DNA from: Octopus vulgaris
Taxonomy: Eukaryota
Direction: 5' to 3'
Assembly: GCA_951406725.2 (NCBI GenBank)
Contig: OX597817.1
Coordinates: 41,664,001 to 41,728,000, forward strand
Length of the DNA stretch: 64,000 nt
The stretch's first letter is position 1, and every line of letters starts with the position of its first letter. The translations under genes and the position numbers were made by a program. The notes beneath the pieces were generated by a model that saw only the letters and a list, made by a program, of their open reading frames with translations, was not told where the DNA came from and did not search any database. Of the stretch, positions 61,203 to 64,000 are shown in pieces.

Positions 61203-62340
61203 AACATCATCTTCCATGCTCGTATGTCACTTTTCCATGCTGGTATGACTCGGATAGTTTGACAAGCTCCGACAAGCTGCAGGAATGCAACAGGCTCTAA
61301 TGCTGGCTTTGGCATGGTTTATTTGGCTGGATATCCTTCCTAACACCAACCACTTTACAGTGTGCAGTGTTTTCATTGCCACTGGCACATGTGAGAATGC
61401 TTAGTAAACTTGCAAGAAAATAGAAAAGTCAGCTTGGCTGTGAGTGAAGTAATTGAGAGATGGCTTTTATGCCATTTGACAGAGAAAGAAGCACAGATGT
61501 CTTGCTATAGAGGAGATATTCTTATATAGTGTGGGATAGCCATGTAAGTGGGAGTAGCTGGAAAGATTATAGAGACAGTGGTGACAAGACACCAGGGTGG
61601 ACTCTCAAGGTATGAGAAAATGAATATAAAAGAGAATACAGACAGTGGATCAGGATGTAGATGAAGGGGCTAACTTCAAACATGTGAGAAGAGAGTAACA
61701 GCAGCTTAAGAGATCACACAGAGGTGAATGTAATGTGTGAGGAACAAGGGTGGAGGTATGAGTGATGGTATAAATATCATGTATGAAGGGGGAGGAGGTG
61801 TAGAAGTGGTTTAGGGAGGAGGTGTCAAGCAGTTGTTCAGAAAGAGGAGAGCAACAGTGACATAAGCTGTAAATAAATAAAAGTAGAGCGATGATGTGCA
61901 GGGTGTAAAAGTGGCAGGTGATAGATGTACAGTGACAGAGGTAGAGGTCAGAGGTACATAATGAGGGCTATAGTGAGGAAGGCAATGGCAGTGGGGATGG
62001 TACGGATGGCAGATATGAGAGGGTGTGGAAAAGGATAGCAGATATGAGAGGGTGTGGAAAAGGATAGCAGATATGAGAGGTGTTAATGATGAAGCATGGA
62101 AAACTTAAGATGTAGCTCAGAAAGGAGGGTGAGATAACGCACTGAAAAGGAGCGATCATTGAAAGAATAGGGTGGGAAGGAGTGATAAAGGGAATGATGG
62201 ATAGATGTTAATAGAAGTTCCAAGGAGAGAAAGAGGTAGCTGGTAATGCAGAAGTGGGGTGAAATGTGTACCGATTTTACTTTGAAATGATAACAGCAGC
62301 TGAGTAGTGTCATAATAAGAGTGATGGAAGGATGGGTATC
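61203..62340 (-). mobile_element. RTE-tailed element with a long purine-skewed body
   Basis: Family C end at 61203-61400, then about 900 bp that is G/A-rich on the plus strand. Confidence 0.5.
62009..62080. repeat. 29-bp tandem repeat, about 2.5 copies
   Basis: GCAGATATGAGAGGGTGTGGAAAAGGATA at 62009 and 62038, partial at 62067. Confidence 0.92.
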
Positions 62341-64000
62341 ACACACACACACACCTAAAATTTATTTTAAAAAGGTGCCATAAAGCATTAATGGCAATCA
62401 TTATCTCATTATATTCTAAAACAAAACAAAAAAAAAATAATTTCTGTTTTATATATTTCGTAAATGTAGAAATAAAAACTTTTGAGTTGAAATTATCAGC
62501 CATATAAATATGAGGGTATGATGTCAGACAAACACTCATAAATGACAGTTCATTTCCTCTACAAACTATAAACATGAATGAATATTATGTTTTCTCAAAA
62601 ACCTTAACTTACAAGTAACATCAACAATAAAATGTTTTCATAAATATATAAATTTTGCCAGAAAAAGTCATTCAGTAGAACATTGAGTTGGTCTTTTGTT
62701 TTTTTATTATATGTTCATTGCTTGCTTTCAGCATTAAATCATTTACCCTTGATATTTAATTCTAGCTATAAAATCTCTTTCTCAAAAACCAATTTCTAGT
62801 CTGCCCATATATGACATTACTTTTTCGCTTACCAACTTGGAAGTATATTAAAGAATTATAAGATGTAATCAAACTCTTGTCATGAATAACACATATACTC
62901 TTTTTGTGGGTTAACAAGGATACCATTGGTTTCATGGTGAGAAAAAATTTCTTGGCAACTATCAAGCTTGTTACATGGGACATTGGTACTCATTGTCTTA
63001 GCATGCATACACACATGTGCATATATACATATATAAGCTAGTAGAAAGACTGCCTTCTGGACAGTTTTCTGCTAGCCACTTAATATTTTCACATTTGATT
63101 CCCAATTCTAATAATTATATTTTAGATCTAATTATTTTTATGTATAACAGTGCACACTTGCTTAGTAAGTATTACTTTCATTATCTTATCACAGTCAATC
63201 TCTTTTTTTTAAACAAACATTAAGGTAGTCCAACTATGGTGGGGGAGGCAGTTTGTCAAGTTTTACCTTCCCTCAAAGCAACAGAGATTTCAATTCAGCA
63301 GACCATCTGTAAGCTTTGCACTATGAACAAACATTGTCAAAGAGACTCCCTGCATTATGTGGCTGTACAATAGACAGCACAGCCTGTTCTTGAAAATTAT
63401 CAAAACTAGCTTTCCTTGCTAATCTTTTAACAGAATTCTTCATAGTTTGAAAAAATTTTCATCTGTACTCCTGCTATAAATATTCGGTTTCATCTCTCGG
63501 CATCCTGTTTGTTGGCACTGGTGTTTCTGTTTTTATCTCGCTGAAGTTTGGAAGGCTTTCCATTTGACATTGATTATCAATAGACAACTGAACAGTCACA
63601 GATGGTGAAAGCCAACTCAGTATCTTATTTTAAAGTAGAATATTCTCCTCTCAAAATACCCTAACATGTGTAACAAACAGAATCATCCTACATCTACGTG
63701 CATATTCTTAGACATTCATTTCAGTTGCTTTGCCCTGGTTTCATCTGATTCAGTTGCCTGTCTTTGCCATTATGCCTTAGCTGCTAAATGTTCTTTTTCA
63801 GTCGAATATTTTTGGACGCCCCCAGTTGAATTGCAAAATTCTAATGTGATATTTGAGTAATAATGAAATTAAACTTGGAGTGTGTGGTTTACATTACAGA
63901 AACAGCGTGTGTATATGCTTATATTAGAGAGATAGGATGTGTGTGTGTGTGAGAGAGAAAGAGGAAAGGGGGAGAGAGAGAACATTGCAAACAATGAATG

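Noticed and set aside
1-64000. Prokaryotic operon, defence system or prophage
   Set aside because: No gene-dense coding, operon structure or phage/defence domains; the content is metazoan repeat-rich non-coding DNA.

Overview
This is AT-rich, microsatellite-rich eukaryotic DNA, not prokaryotic. The dominant tRNA-headed SINE families, decayed RTE-type LINEs and dense (TA)/(CA)/(ATT) repeats resemble a cephalopod genome, most likely Octopus; that is an inference from repeat recognition, not a database hit. I cannot support any intact host protein-coding gene. Most listed ORFs are microsatellite or SINE artefacts or transposon debris. Supported content: a dead, full-length mariner transposon (about 40.4-41.7 kb); fragments of RTE, CR1/L2-like and R4/Dong-like LINEs; more than 30 SINE copies in about three modular families; hAT, piggyBac-like and pogo-like MITEs; a Helentron-type element; and a 5S rRNA-derived fragment. 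The most unusual signals are a high density of fold-back palindromes (three within 33.6-34.8 kb, plus 41.7, 42.9 and 50.5 kb), a near-canonical minimal hammerhead ribozyme at 19663-19704, a five-copy head-to-tail SINE array, and several repeat-free islands that begin at minus-strand splice acceptors and may be exons of an unidentified gene or lncRNA. Coordinates were counted by eye; ends of decayed elements are approximate.
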